From Fimbriimonadales bacterium (GTDB lineage: Bacteria; Armatimonadota; Fimbriimonadia; Fimbriimonadales; ATM1), in assembly GCA_051003155.1 (NCBI GenBank), contig JBPCLO010000026.1, positions 128,001-192,000 of the forward strand: a stretch of 64,000 bases of DNA. The letters are read 5' to 3'. The stretch's first letter is position 1; each line of letters begins with the position of its first letter. This document shows, in pieces, positions 1 to 8,560 of the stretch. The position numbers were made by a program, and so were the translations under genes. Under the pieces are notes generated by a model, which was not told where the DNA came from, ran no database searches, and saw only the letters and a program-made list of their open reading frames with translations.

Positions 1-2
1 CG

Positions 3-680
3 TCAAGGGTTGGTTCAGGGGCCGCGCCATCCGGTTTACATCTCTCGGGGAATCGGGGTCTCGAGCCCGATTCCTCTGCGCTTTTGGTGCCGCCCGGAGG
101 TCAGCGGCATTATTCTGCGGGCGGCCTGATGCTGTTCGCGACCCCGTTGCTTCAGATTGGCGCCGCCGCCCTCATAGCGTATCAGGGTCCGCGCTTGCGG
201 TCGACGACCGTAGAGCTGAGCACCGCGCACTCCTATAAAGTGTTGGGCACGAGTCAAATACGGCTCGGAACTGCGGCCGGCATTGAATGGGGTCGGCGTT
301 CTCGCGCTCTCTCGCTTCAAGGGCACCCCGGTATCCTCGCGCAGGAGACCGCCTATTTGCGCCTCATGCGCAGTTTTCGCGGAGACGAGGGGTTCAACGC
401 CCTCGTCGCTGGCGTCGGCAGCCGATGGATCGGCGGCGGGAAGCATCTTAAGAACATATACTTCGAGGCAGGGACCGGGGTCAGTATCTCTGACGGGGTG
501 TCGCTCGACGTTAATTCGCACTTCAGCTTCGTATCGTTCGTAGGCGCCGGCTTCTATTTTTCGTCCGCGCCGCGTGCCAATCGAGCTGGGCTTCGATGGA
601 TTCATGTTAGCAACGCGAACCTCGATCCGCCCAATCGGGGCCTCAACCAATTCGAGGTTGTGGTTGGCGTTCGATACTAA
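3..680 (+). CDS. Lipid A 3-O-deacylase (PagL)/acyloxyacyl hydrolase family outer-membrane beta-barrel; frame open to the window edge, true start may lie upstream
   Basis: C-terminal motif LRWIHVSNANLDPPNRGLN matches the PagL H-x-S-N-A...P-N-x-G signature; ends in an aromatic residue (VGVRY). Confidence 0.8.
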   Translation, partial: SRVGSGAAPSGLHLSGNRGLEPDSSALLVPPGGQRHYSAGGLMLFATPLLQIGAAALIAYQGPRLRSTTVELSTAHSYKVLGTSQIRLGTAAGIEWGRRSRALSLQGHPGILAQETAYLRLMRSFRGDEGFNALVAGVGSRWIGGGKHLKNIYFEAGTGVSISDGVSLDVNSHFSFVSFVGAGFYFSSAPRANRAGLRWIHVSNANLDPPNRGLNQFEVVVGVRY

Positions 681-826
681 TGCGTCGGTGACCGGCGCAT
701 CTTTCGCGTAAGCGTCCTCGTACAGCGCCCCCTGGATCGTCGCTCCGGGCATGAGGTGAATTTCGAACTTTTAGGACGGAGCGCTTGCCTACTTCTCCGT
801 GGTTTGGGGCCGGTGGAGTGTCCCTG
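681..826 (-). pseudogene. C-terminal remnant of a copy (B') of the 6460..8523 protein
   Basis: Minus frames read GEVGKRSVLK-(frameshift)-FEIHLMPGATIQGALYEDAYAKDAPVTDAL, aligning with GGLGKRSVLKFKIGLTADASIEGVLYDDRVPKDGELIRNDAL in 6460..8523. Confidence 0.8.
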
Positions 827-1918
827 TCAATCCTCAAACCCGTGCGACTCGAACTTGAGGTCGCGGCTGTTCTGAGTGACGACGCGAACAACTTCCTCCG
901 ACGCGCCTTCGAGAACCCGAGCCTCGATCTCCAGCGTCACTTGAACATCCGCCCCGAGAAGCCCGGATAAATGCGAGATGACTTCTTCCGCTACTCGCGA
1001 AGCGTCACGACCAACGCGTGCCGGGTCAAGCTTTACGCTACCGTGATACCGGGTGGGCTGCGTTTTCGCCTTCGTCGCGTCGTCCGAATCCCCGGAGGAG
1101 ACCCCTTCGCCTGGCGCGGGTCCGTTAGCGCTAGCTTCCCTCCCCGCGTCGCCGCTACCTGGCCGAGGCGCCTCCTCGTTTGATTGCTTGAGCGCAACGT
1201 CTGAGCGAACGAGAAGGCCGTCAGGAATGTCGGTTCCAAGCGAAACTAAGCGCCCGCAAACCAACCCTCGATAGCGGCCCGCGGTCTCGTCATATGAGTC
1301 AGCGTATGCGAACGAATCTTGAGTCCACGTAAGTAGCTTCACCCCATCTTGTATAGCGATCAGGAGGAGGCCTGGAACCTTTAGGCGCGGCAAGTAGAGA
1401 TACTTGGCAAAGTAATTGACCACATCGCCGATCGCCACGTGGCTCTTGTCGTTGCCATCGGGCGCGAGCAAGATCAACTCGCCCTTTTTTACTTTCTGCA
1501 GCGTCTCCGGGGATTTCAGCCATTTTTTGTAACGCGCAGTTTCCCTTCGTTCCAATGCCTCGGATCGGGCGTCCAACGGAGTTGGATTAGCTTTAGGCAC
1601 GTACTCTTCGCGAATAATATCGCAGCCGCGCACCGACACGTCATGTCCGCTGGCCTCGGCCGGCTCCCGCCTCGATTGAAGGAACCTCGGATAAATATCC
1701 CCTTGAAGTTCATCTAGCACCTGCGGAGCAGCTATTTGTATGGCTGTCAGGAACCGCTGCCGCGCATCCTGGGTAGCCACGTTGGGTCCACTCGGGTCGG
1801 GTTTGTAATATTCGCCGAAAGCGAGGCGGTCGTCGAAGACTCCACCATTGGGCCACGGCCACTGGCCTTGTTTCTGACTATCGGTGTACCGATTCTGTGC
1901 CGACTCGCCGTTACTCAT
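827..1918 (-). pseudogene. Chimeric ORF: unrelated N-terminus fused to the C-terminal ~225 aa of a DUF499-family ATPase (ATPase core missing)
   Basis: YFAKYLYLPRL, LLTW..DSFAYADSYDETAGRYRGL and RYHGSVKLDPARVGRDASRVAEEVISHL...FED are typical DUF499 C-terminal segments. No Walker A; intact proteins are roughly 1000 aa. Confidence 0.7.
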
Positions 1919-1997
1919 GGAAAGATAGTGTACCTCCGTCTACCGAATGTCTCCGCCCTGCATTCGGACAGGCATGCCAATTGTCCTCAACCCACGT

Positions 1998-2280
1998 TCA
2001 GTCGGCGAGAGTCCACTTCACCTGATCGACGCGGGCGAACCACGGGTAGACGAATACCGGCCCTTGCGTCTTGTACGCGATCCTCGATCGCAGTTCCAAA
2101 TTGGGCCGATAAACCGCTCCGGGTTGGACGTTACGACGACGACAACCGTCGAATCGGACGTCATCGCGGTGCTCGTGTTCAGCGTCTCGTAGGCTTGCGT
2201 GTCGAAGTTGTAGAGTGCGATTCTTTGCGAGATATTGGGCACGCTGCAATGCGCCCCCACCGAAAACTCGAGTCTCGGGT
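1998..2280 (-). pseudogene. Frameshifted, 5'-truncated remnant of a secreted-protein C-terminal domain, homologous to the C-terminus of 11185..12786
   Basis: Two frames join near 2100: QRIALYNFDTQAYETLNT...NPERFIGP / NLELRSRIAYKTQGPVFVYPWFARVDQVKW, versus QKIDLYNFTANAYETLDT...RARISYRSTSATFQYPWTAGVDFASW. Confidence 0.8.
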
Positions 2281-2331
2281 TTTTATGCCTGTGTACAATG
2301 AAGTCACTGCATCTGGAAAGGACGTCTATCC

Positions 2332-5259
2332 ATGAAGCGAATGACAAAACTATTACCGATTTGGCCGGTGTTGATCGCAGCAAGTTTGATGTGCCAAGAA
2401 GCGCAGGCGGCGCCTCCTCAGACTAAAACTAAACAACCTGCGAAACCCGCAGCAAAACTGATTACTGCCGCCGCCCCGACCACGACGGTTGTCGATGAGC
2501 CAATCGGCGCGCGCTCGTCGCTGGGCGTGACGTTGTGGCACATGGGACACAACGTGGAGATGATTCACAAGTTCCACGACTTCCTCACGCAACGGGCGCT
2601 CAAGCCGGATCAGTTCCTAACGGCTCGCCAGGTGCCACCAAAGGACACCAGTCGCATTCTGCTCGAACCCAAACGGCTGGCGCCGGACAGGGCGTGCGGT
2701 TGGAAGGCGCAGGGGGAGTACTTGACGAGCGCCCCCCAAGATGCCGGGCCGACCGTGTCGTTTCCGCTGCGCGTTGATCGAACCGGTCTCTATCGTTTAT
2801 GGATTCGCTACTATGGATGGCCCACCGGCACCGGAGTGACGAGCCTGAAAATTTATCGCGCCGGGCGCGACAACGAAGGGCCGGTGTGGGATGATGAAAT
2901 CTTCGACTACGCCGTCGAGAAAGAAGGCCCAACCTGGAAAGACGTGGTGCTGGATTTAGGTGCCGGTGAATATGTGGTGCGCCTGGGTCACATCACGCGC
3001 TGGTGGCACGCCGGAGCAGGCCCCAAAAGTTATCTAGAGCGTAGAATCGATTGCCTGTATTTCACTGATGAATTGTGGAGCGAAGCACCTGCTGAGACAG
3101 ATTTAAAAACGTTGCGCGATATGATTCCCGTCGGGGAAATTCAAACTATCGCGCATCCCGCTCTCTCACGCGAGGAGTACTCTGTCTGGCAGTGGTGGCA
3201 AATACGGCCCGTGCCGTGGGAACGCGCCGCTGCACAGCCTCAACTTTTTGCTCTCAGCCGCGAATTCTGGCGCCGTGAGATCAACAGGCTCGCGGCGCAG
3301 GATTACAAAGATAAATTGCCCGATTATCGCGCCCCCGTGCGCCAGATTATTTTTGACGATACTTGGAACCTGGTCGGCAATCCGGTTGAGATTCGACGCC
3401 ACATCGAGGCTTTGCGAAGCGATGTGAGCGCTCTGCCCTCGCCGCATCATAACTACTGGTTGCAGGCGGGTGATTTTAAAAAGCTCGAAGGCCAATGGGA
3501 GCGGTCGGGGACTTCGCTGCGCGCCAACTATGGCGATTTCGCAGGCGCGGCCAGCACCGATTTGCCGATAGAAAATAAAGGTAAGTACTCCGTCTGGGTG
3601 CGGCCTGGCAATGCCGAAGGATATTTCGCTCCCTGGCGCCTGAAGGTGAGCATTGCACCAGACAATGCACTTGCCTTCGATTACGACCAGCAAAATTACG
3701 CCGAGGATTGGATCAAGGCCGGCGAGATCGAAGTGCTAAAGCCCGGCAAAGTCCAGTTCGAGGTCACGCCTCTGGGCTATAAAGCCCCAGCCACGTATCG
3801 CGTCATCCATGACTTTTTTCTGACCACTGATCCCCAGTACGTGCCCAAAGGCAGCGTGCGTCCGCCGCTCACTAAAGGTCGATACGCAGCGCGCGCCCGG
3901 GCCGCCGGAGCAGGCGAGAAGGATCGCTATCTGCTCTGGGTTTTCGAGAACGCTTATACCCCGCTTTTGCAGGAAGTCTGGAACGATCAAGCATGGCCCC
4001 GGCGGGGGCAGGCAGTACTCCCTGCTAAAGAGATCGCCCTCGCGCGCGACTCCCGCCGCGCCGTTCAGATCGGATTGCGTAATTTGGGTGACAAGCCGAT
4101 CACGCTGCGTGTCGCTGGCGGCCTGTTGCGGGGTGCCGCCGGAGAATTCAAAAACAAAATCAGTTGGCGCGTAATCGGCTTTGCGCCTTATGGTCAGGGT
4201 CGCCAGGATTGGAGTCCTTTCGTCCTGCTACGCCGCCGCGAGGTGACGATTCCGCCGCTGAATGTGGCGGGCGTCTGGCTCACTATCGACAGCACGGGAG
4301 TGCCGCCGGGCCGCTACACAGCGCAAGTCCCTTTCAGCGGCGAGAACCTGCCGTCGCGCAATGTGGCGCTTCAAGTGCAAGTGGCGCCGGTTCAAATTGC
4401 GCCGCGCCAGCCGATCTTAGTTGGCGGCTACACCAACCCGCCCGAAGGGGAAGTTTATGCGCGCGATTACAGTGAGCACGGCATGAACATCTGGTATAGC
4501 GACATCAGCAAAGCCGAGATGCAAAAGCGCGGCATTCGCCTCCTCACGCTGCCGATGTGGGCCGCCACCGAAGACCAGGTTCGCGCCCGCATCGCGCGGC
4601 TTAAAGCGCTGGGACTGGAGTACTCCGACTGGGTATTCACTATCCTCGACGAGCCATCGGGTGACACAGAAGAAAAGCTGAAACCGTTTCTGGATGTTGC
4701 CAGAACCATTCGCGCCGTCGATCCTCAGGTGCGCATCTCATTCAACCCGAGCGAGGCGGCCAAGTTGGAGACTTTCGAAATGCTCGATCCCTGGGCCGAT
4801 TTCTGGCTGCCCTACTCTTTGCATCTGTCTCATCCACCACAGACGGCTGCGGCCAAGCAGGCGATTTACACGACCAAGCCGTGGATGTGGTACACCACGC
4901 CCTGCTACTGGGATAAAGCGCCCGACTATCCGGCGAACATTTACGCGCAGATTCGCTCGGTGCCCGCCCAACTGGGCGATGTTCGCGGCACCGCGTTCTT
5001 CGCCTTCTACTATCCCTTCCGCGATCCGTGGGACACCGCCCATGAGCATCTGCCCGATGTCTCGGTTCATGTCCTCCCATCGCGCCACGGGCCTATAGCG
5101 ACGCGGGCCTGGGAAGCGATTGAAGAAGCGATTCAGGATGCGAACCTGGCGCAGATGGTGAAAGAGAAAAGTGGGGCACAGCGCGACGATCCAGCTATCA
5201 AGAAATTGATTAGCGAAGGTGACATCGCCAGCCTGGCTGCATGGTTGGCGAAAAAATAA
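2332..5259 (+). CDS. Large secreted protein, probably glycan-active (carbohydrate-binding-like modules plus a GH123/DUF4091-like C-terminal region)
   Basis: Signal peptide (AQA cleavage); two repeated beta-sandwich-like modules (GLYRLWIRY / GKYSVWVRP); VWLTIDSTGVPPGRY, ILDEPS and WEAIEEAIQD segments. Confidence 0.6.
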   Translation: MKRMTKLLPIWPVLIAASLMCQEAQAAPPQTKTKQPAKPAAKLITAAAPTTTVVDEPIGARSSLGVTLWHMGHNVEMIHKFHDFLTQRALKPDQFLTARQVPPKDTSRILLEPKRLAPDRACGWKAQGEYLTSAPQDAGPTVSFPLRVDRTGLYRLWIRYYGWPTGTGVTSLKIYRAGRDNEGPVWDDEIFDYAVEKEGPTWKDVVLDLGAGEYVVRLGHITRWWHAGAGPKSYLERRIDCLYFTDELWSEAPAETDLKTLRDMIPVGEIQTIAHPALSREEYSVWQWWQIRPVPWERAAAQPQLFALSREFWRREINRLAAQDYKDKLPDYRAPVRQIIFDDTWNLVGNPVEIRRHIEALRSDVSALPSPHHNYWLQAGDFKKLEGQWERSGTSLRANYGDFAGAASTDLPIENKGKYSVWVRPGNAEGYFAPWRLKVSIAPDNALAFDYDQQNYAEDWIKAGEIEVLKPGKVQFEVTPLGYKAPATYRVIHDFFLTTDPQYVPKGSVRPPLTKGRYAARARAAGAGEKDRYLLWVFENAYTPLLQEVWNDQAWPRRGQAVLPAKEIALARDSRRAVQIGLRNLGDKPITLRVAGGLLRGAAGEFKNKISWRVIGFAPYGQGRQDWSPFVLLRRREVTIPPLNVAGVWLTIDSTGVPPGRYTAQVPFSGENLPSRNVALQVQVAPVQIAPRQPILVGGYTNPPEGEVYARDYSEHGMNIWYSDISKAEMQKRGIRLLTLPMWAATEDQVRARIARLKALGLEYSDWVFTILDEPSGDTEEKLKPFLDVARTIRAVDPQVRISFNPSEAAKLETFEMLDPWADFWLPYSLHLSHPPQTAAAKQAIYTTKPWMWYTTPCYWDKAPDYPANIYAQIRSVPAQLGDVRGTAFFAFYYPFRDPWDTAHEHLPDVSVHVLPSRHGPIATRAWEAIEEAIQDANLAQMVKEKSGAQRDDPAIKKLISEGDIASLAAWLAKK

Positions 5260-5884
5260 ACCGACTCCGCTCGGCTGCTTTTGATCGCCGATAGCGCGGC
5301 AGTACTCCTTTGCAACTCTCTCTATCGACGCAGGCTGCGCCGCCGAGCACTCGCCACCATCCGCTGAATTTAAGTTTATTCGAGCGCAGCTCTGAGGCGG
5401 CTTTCGTCTGGGAGCGCCATCTGCTGCGCCTGCGCTGGGGTAACAAATCGGTCGGGCTCGCAACGGGCTTGCCCACCGGCAATGAAGCGCACTGGTGGGA
5501 AACCTGCCGCATGGTGATTCTCGAAGAAACGTCGCAATGCCGCACAGTCGAGATGGGCGGCTATATTCCTCTCGTGCAAACTGGAATGGATGAGCTTAGC
5601 GGCTGCCAGCGCAAACGCACATGCACAAACGCCAATCAAACGGTGCACGAATACCGTGGTCGCTTTTATCTCGCCACGGACCGCCGCGGCCATCGATATC
5701 ATGTTAGGTAACGCTTTTTCAGTTTTCATTCCTCTCCCGCACCGCTTTTCAGTCGAGCGTGTACATAAGGCCCCCGCTGGCCCACGCACACGGCTGCGCC
5801 ATTGGGCGCTAAGCAAGCCAACCTGCCCCTCCGACCGGCGTTTCAACTGGGCGCCAAGCACCCGCGGTAAGCTTCCCATCGCCC

Positions 5885-6034
5885 TCAGCTCTTCGACGTA
5901 GACCTTGCACTTTCGGCGACAGCGCGTTTCACCGAAATTGCGACCGTCGAGTATGTGGTTATCGGATCGGGCTGCGCTAAGGTCACGCCGCTCAGGGTGT
6001 CGGTAGTGAACATGCATCCAGCGAATCGCTTCAT
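5885..6034 (-). pseudogene. N-terminal remnant of copy B' of the 6460..8523 family
   Basis: MKRFAGC...LAQPDPITTYSTVAISVKRAVAESARST-stop aligns with SQEPDPKVTYSTVAVPVKRAVEEIAKAT. Confidence 0.8.
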
Positions 6035-6088
6035 AGTGGGCCACCCAATCTGCCGACGGTCCAAAGCCCGGCGAAAGTTCACGATCGT

Positions 6089-6191
6089 GGCGGGTCGGGC
6101 TTTCCGCCGAACCAGGGCAACTTCGTCTTCTTCAGGGCTTCGACACGCTTTCGTATCCGCGCTTGGAACTCGGCCGGCAGCGCGCTCGTCG
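6089..6191 (-). repeat. Near-identical direct copy of 8571..8673 (3' end of the 8561..10798 gene)
   Basis: ccgccgaaccagggcaacttcgtcttcttcagggcttcgacacgctttcgtatccgcgcttggaactcggccggcagcgcgctcgtcg differs from 8586-8673 at only 3 positions by eye. Confidence 0.95.
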
Positions 6192-6463
6192 CCGGCGTCG
6201 GAGTCCGCTGGATCGCCGCCGGCCGGCAATTGAAGGACGCGTATTTCGAAGCGGGAACCGGTCTAACTCTTTCCGACGGCGTATCGCTCGATGTGAACTC
6301 CCACTTCAGCTTTATCTCCTTCGTAGGGGGAGGCTTCTACCTCAGTTCGCGGCCGAATGCGAACCGCGTCGGGCTCCGCTGGATCCACGTCAGCAACGCC
6401 AACTTGGACCCGCCCAATCGCGGCCTCAACCAGTTCGAGTTCGTCGTCGGCGTCCGATATTAG
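6182..6463 (+). pseudogene. Orphan 3' half of a second pagL-like gene
   Basis: Colinear with 399..680 over 282 nt without indels; about 76 mismatches by hand count (~73% identity), mostly at third codon positions; no 5' half. Confidence 0.9.
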
Positions 6464-8523
6464 CCGCCGTGCAGCATCTTGTGCAACGACCTAAGCTTTT
6501 CCAAATGGCGGTCGACTCTGTCCAAGAAGCTTCGCGGCAACGCATCATTTCGGATTAGTTCGCCATCCTTGGGAACCCGGTCGTCGTACAGAACCCCTTC
6601 GATCGATGCGTCCGCGGTAAGACCGATCTTGAACTTGAGTACAGAGCGTTTGCCTAGTCCTCCGATAAGGTTCAGCGGTACGGTCTCCCCACTCATTGTG
6701 AAGCTTTGCGATGCCAAATCCGTAGGGGACATGGGCCCGCGATAAGTCCGCTTCTCACCTTCGCGGTGACTTGGATAGAAGGCGTCTTCCTCGCTTATCG
6801 TTAAGGTAATCGTCGCGTCGGGCGGCAGTCCCTGCGGCAACAGCTCGGTGGGCTCGTCGAGATAGTCGACGTCGTGCCGATTGAAAACGCCCAGAACAGC
6901 AAGCAAATCAGCCTCCTCGAACAAGGGCGCTCCTTCCCGAAAAACCTTGTACCGCACGTCCTTGTAGACCATAGCCGAGATCATTCGCCTCTGGGCAGCG
7001 TCGAGCGTCCTCACTGGCAGACTGCCCTCGGTGCGAAGAAAGGTGCGCTGGCTGGGAGACAAGAACGCGTACAGGCGCAGCAACTCCTGATCTGCGTAAA
7101 CATAGTTTATCGCAAAGAAACGGATGTAGTTATAGGCTAAATAGGGAAACGGAGGAGACTCTTTGACGAAGGCTGCGAGATCATCCAGGCTCGGCAGCCC
7201 CTTTTCATAGCCGGCCTTTACTAGTGCTGCGAGGACCCTTCGGTTCAATCTGCTTTCACGGGCGGCGATCAGATCGACCGGTTGTAGCTCGATCCAGCCA
7301 TCTCCATCGTTGATTGCCGTCTCGCCCCGGCTCGCCAGGGTTGCCAAGTAGGCGCTGGGCGTTATCTGGTTGCGTAACCGAACCAAGAGTTCGCTATCCG
7401 AAATATTCGCGACGAGATTCATCGATCTCGACTTCGCGACGGCCAAGAGCGCTTCGGAATCTGCGAACGACCACGGATCGTAGAGATCGGGTCGCAGGAG
7501 CCGCTGCTTGAGTCCATCGCTGATTTCGGCTGAGAGGCGGCCCAGACCGAAGAGAACGCCTGCGTGTTCTCGAGCAAGGGGGCTGAAGTCGATCGGCGCT
7601 TCGGTAGCGGACTTTGCTCGGAACGCGCCAACATCTGTTTCAACGTATGCCGCTAGTGACTCATAGTTTGATATAAGCAGACGCCCTGCCGAATCGAACA
7701 ACATCAACTCGACTCCGATTTCGTCGACGGCATATCCAGTGTCTGCGGTTACCGCCAGCAACACCTTGGAAACCGGGGCGTTGATGAACCTTCTTTCCGG
7801 CTCGACGCCAAATAGTCGGACCCATGCTTGTTCGCGCTGCTCCTCCTCGACGGTCTTTGGTTGAAGGACGGACTCCTCTTCCAACGTCTTGGCAATTTCC
7901 GATGCCCTCTTGTTGTGCTCGTCCACAAGCCCGGAAACAATTTCTCTTACATCCGGCAGCGGCCTCTGCATGCCGTTCGGCCGGTTAGAGAAAACTGTGC
8001 GCCCTTCAATATCCACGAGGACTTCCGGCTCGAGCAAAGATGCGATGCGAAAGGTCGCGTCCGAGCTCGGAGACGGCTCAGGTTCGAGGAAGTCATCCTC
8101 ATCGAAAACTTGAGGCTTGACGTTCTTCTTGGGCGCAGCGAGGTCTTCTTTGATTTTCTTTATCGATGCGGCTAGGCCTGCCAGCCTCCGCGTGCGCCTC
8201 GTCTTCCGCTCCTTCTCGAATGTCGCCTTCGAATACTTCAGCCAACGCACTCCGCCCTCGGTAGTCCATTCGCCTGAGGTCACCGTAGCCAGGCGGGACA
8301 TGAGTTCGGATAGCGGCGCCTCGGTAACTGAAATGATAACGATTTCGCTGAGGATGTCCCCGGCGACGTCGATCTTGGCTCCGGTCGCCTTGGCAATCTC
8401 CTCGACAGCGCGCTTAACAGGAACGGCGACGGTCGAATACGTGACCTTCGGGTCGGGTTCCTGCGAATAGCCAGCTAATGATACGCAGGCTGTGAGAACG
8501 GCAGCGGCAATGCGGACCATCAA
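6460..8523 (-). CDS. Secreted protein of unknown function (gene B) with an N-terminal STN/secretin-N0-like segment; paralog of 8561..10798
   Basis: Signal peptide; shares DPKVTYSTVAVP.KRA...IAKATGAKIDVAG, LLRPD.YDP.SF and PSLDDLAA with its neighbour; RBS ggagg. Confidence 0.8.
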   Translation of the reverse strand: MMVRIAAAVLTACVSLAGYSQEPDPKVTYSTVAVPVKRAVEEIAKATGAKIDVAGDILSEIVIISVTEAPLSELMSRLATVTSGEWTTEGGVRWLKYSKATFEKERKTRRTRRLAGLAASIKKIKEDLAAPKKNVKPQVFDEDDFLEPEPSPSSDATFRIASLLEPEVLVDIEGRTVFSNRPNGMQRPLPDVREIVSGLVDEHNKRASEIAKTLEEESVLQPKTVEEEQREQAWVRLFGVEPERRFINAPVSKVLLAVTADTGYAVDEIGVELMLFDSAGRLLISNYESLAAYVETDVGAFRAKSATEAPIDFSPLAREHAGVLFGLGRLSAEISDGLKQRLLRPDLYDPWSFADSEALLAVAKSRSMNLVANISDSELLVRLRNQITPSAYLATLASRGETAINDGDGWIELQPVDLIAARESRLNRRVLAALVKAGYEKGLPSLDDLAAFVKESPPFPYLAYNYIRFFAINYVYADQELLRLYAFLSPSQRTFLRTEGSLPVRTLDAAQRRMISAMVYKDVRYKVFREGAPLFEEADLLAVLGVFNRHDVDYLDEPTELLPQGLPPDATITLTISEEDAFYPSHREGEKRTYRGPMSPTDLASQSFTMSGETVPLNLIGGLGKRSVLKFKIGLTADASIEGVLYDDRVPKDGELIRNDALPRSFLDRVDRHLEKLRSLHKMLHGG

Positions 8524-8560
8524 ATTGTTACCTCCTGGAGATTCGACGGGCTATAGCCAT

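Noticed and set aside
5376..5730. Minus-strand ORF MKTEKALPN... in the cargo region
   Set aside because: No recognisable family or convincing coding signal; may be decayed sequence.
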